64,000 nt of DNA, from NCBI GenBank assembly GCA_013115125.1, contig JABANN010000010.1, positions 62,001 through 126,000 on the forward strand, in the 5' to 3' direction. The stretch is from Perkinsus olseni. Lineage: Eukaryota. Shown one piece after another: positions 62,177 to 64,000 of the stretch. How positions within the stretch are numbered: the stretch's first letter is position 1; each line of letters starts with the position of its first letter. A model generated the notes under the pieces. The model searched no databases. It was given only the letters and a program-made list of their open reading frames with translations, and was not told where the DNA came from. The position numbers and the translations under genes are program-made.

Positions 62177-62219
62177 TAACCGTTGTACGTAAAGAGCTAC
62201 GAGCTTTGGTGTCCAACCC

Positions 62220-64000
62220 CTACAAATGACGACACTGAATATGAATCCATTTATGAGGAGTAAACCAATCTACGACTCCATGGCGGTGGCCAATTCCATC
62301 CACGTCTATCGAGAGATGCGCGTCACCCGTCATTATGCTGCCTCTCCGGTCTATCGTGCGTAGTCCAGAAGCGCTCAACCGTTCCCGAACCACACATTCG
62401 AGCCCCAATTCTTCTCTTGATAGACACAAAAACTCTCTTTGAATAGATACGACTCTGACTGCATGCTCGGAGTGGGGTAGTTCACTCCCCATGAGGTGAG
62501 ACCTATCACAAACCCTCACTCTAATGTCGCCTTAGAATGTCCTCGTCCGGCTTCATCCAGTCCCGGACGAAGTAGTCATCGTAGCCGTTGTCGAAGTAAT
62601 CATGGCGCATCAACGTTTTGTGCGGATAGCTATAGTTGGTGGCACTGAAAAAGACCTGAGACGGATGCGGCTTCTCAGTAGCTCTACCGAGCTCAACATG
62701 AACCACATCCAGGCACCAAATCTGGCGCGGGTCACCTCACTTCCAGTTTATTGCTACGATTGATCGCATTCCCTAAGTCGCGCCACACATTACTTCACTG
62801 TAAGTAAAAGAAGCAAACCAAACAGAGCGAAAACCCACTCTGCCTGTCGGGGCAGCGGCCATTTCCTCTCCTTCAAAATTAGTAGGTTTGACTCGAAGCA
62901 TGTATCTGAATACCTCTGCAGTAGGTGCTTGCCACACCATAGCCCATTCTCTGAGCCTTCAACGGTACAGCAATGAATGTCGACGTAAAGTGCAGCCATC
63001 CCGAGGTACACTGAGACTAATTGCTACTCTGTGACCCCACTTGTGCTGCTCCAATGGAGGAGGGCAAATCTTGTGAAACTGCACCCAGGACGCAGGTCTA
63101 TCTTCAAGCTCGTTCTTGAATATGAACTCGCTGTGCGGATGCTTGACAGGATCAATCCGAGGCAATCGATGGGACCTACCAGGATCACCCAGTGGGCAGC
63201 ACGGACACTTACATTCACTGCATACCCTAGCGACATCTCTCCTATAGAATTGCGATGCTGGTACTCAGCGATAGAAAGTTCTTCCGCGAAGGCTTAGACA
63301 GCGATCATTCAACGGCATTCATAATAGTAATGCGCCGGATCGTCACTGTCGAAAATTAACTGATTTGGTTCTCGCTCTGTTATAGAGTCATTCTTGCTAG
63401 CCTACTTCACCAAACAACGCTGGGACAATGAAGAGTAGATGGTAGCGCACGAAAGGAAAGCATCACGATAACCCCGGGCATGCGTCTTCGTACATGCCTC
63501 CGAGAGCGTCCAAACCAGTGTGGGGTTTGGGAACTTTGTAGTAAGCGTCCCAGAGTGCCTTGCGATACGCTTGATCGAGGAAGCTCAGCAACCGTAGCTA
63601 CTTTAGGATGCGACGAGTGTGAAGGAGTGAGATCGATCAGCTGCACGTGGAGCCTAGTGTACCTCGCAAAAACAAAACTCGTTTAGTGCATACAGGCGAT
63701 TCATGCTTGATTCGTTCGTTCATCGTCCTTCCAAGCTCAGTCAACGAGTTCCGGCAACCAGAAAGAGACGTGCTACCACCCACAAGGCGTGAAAGCCAAT
63801 AGCCACACATCAATTACCCTCCGCTGCGCCTCGTTCGACCGATTAAGCCACGAATCACCCGTGAAGCTCTCGTCGGCATCGTATTAGTTCAAGCATGGCG
63901 GCTGAACAGAGCTCACCCAAGCCACTTAGGATCCCGGGCGATCACAGTGGGATGCATCCAACCCTTGGTCGCCCACTGGTCATGGTCTCCACGGCAAACC
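62220..64000 (-). CDS. Hypothetical multi-exon protein, 5' end probably outside window
   Basis: Minus-strand exon-like fragments with GT/AG boundaries (e.g. FFSATNYSYPHKTLMRHDYFDNGYDDYFVRDWMKPDEDIL). Confidence 0.35.

Noticed and set aside
1..64000. CRISPR arrays, rRNA, snRNA/SL RNA genes, transposase or reverse transcriptase ORFs, alternative genetic code
   Set aside because: I saw no regularly spaced repeats or diagnostic motifs by eye, and conserved genes translate with the standard code once introns are removed. Small ncRNAs could have been missed without a covariance-model search.

Overview
Gene-dense eukaryotic nuclear DNA with many short (mostly ~40-110 nt) GT-AG introns. It is not prokaryotic, so most short ORFs in the track are exon fragments or noise. 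Gene content and style (PFO-CPR fusion PNO, single-exon secreted pepsin-like protease, ALMT/FUSC-like transporter, compact introns) suggest an alveolate, most likely Perkinsus; this is inference only. Recognisable genes in order: HflX GTPase (5'-truncated), TRM10, DENR/TMA22, aspartyl protease, RING-B-box-coiled-coil protein, Tudor-like+GCN5-type acetyltransferase, SF3B2, pyruvate:NADP+ oxidoreductase, RPL35, choline-transporter-like protein carrying two intronic antisense tRNA-Asp genes, TPR-like protein, cytoplasmic dynein intermediate chain, HIT protein, an interrupted tRNA-Ile(AAT), DGAT2-family acyltransferase, GLG1-repeat membrane protein, ALMT-like transporter, macrodomain protein and several orphans. 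The most unusual signals are: a tRNA-Ile with a 12-nt GT..AG insert in the D-arm; a transporter gene whose frame is restored only by 22- and 26-nt GT-AG micro-introns or by compensating indels; a PNO with an N-terminal membrane-anchor-like segment; tRNA-Asp with A73; and several perfect odd-centred palindromes. I found no CRISPR array, rRNA or recognisable transposon. No clearly new system is demonstrable from sequence alone. Boundaries of multi-exon genes were read by eye and are approximate where stated.
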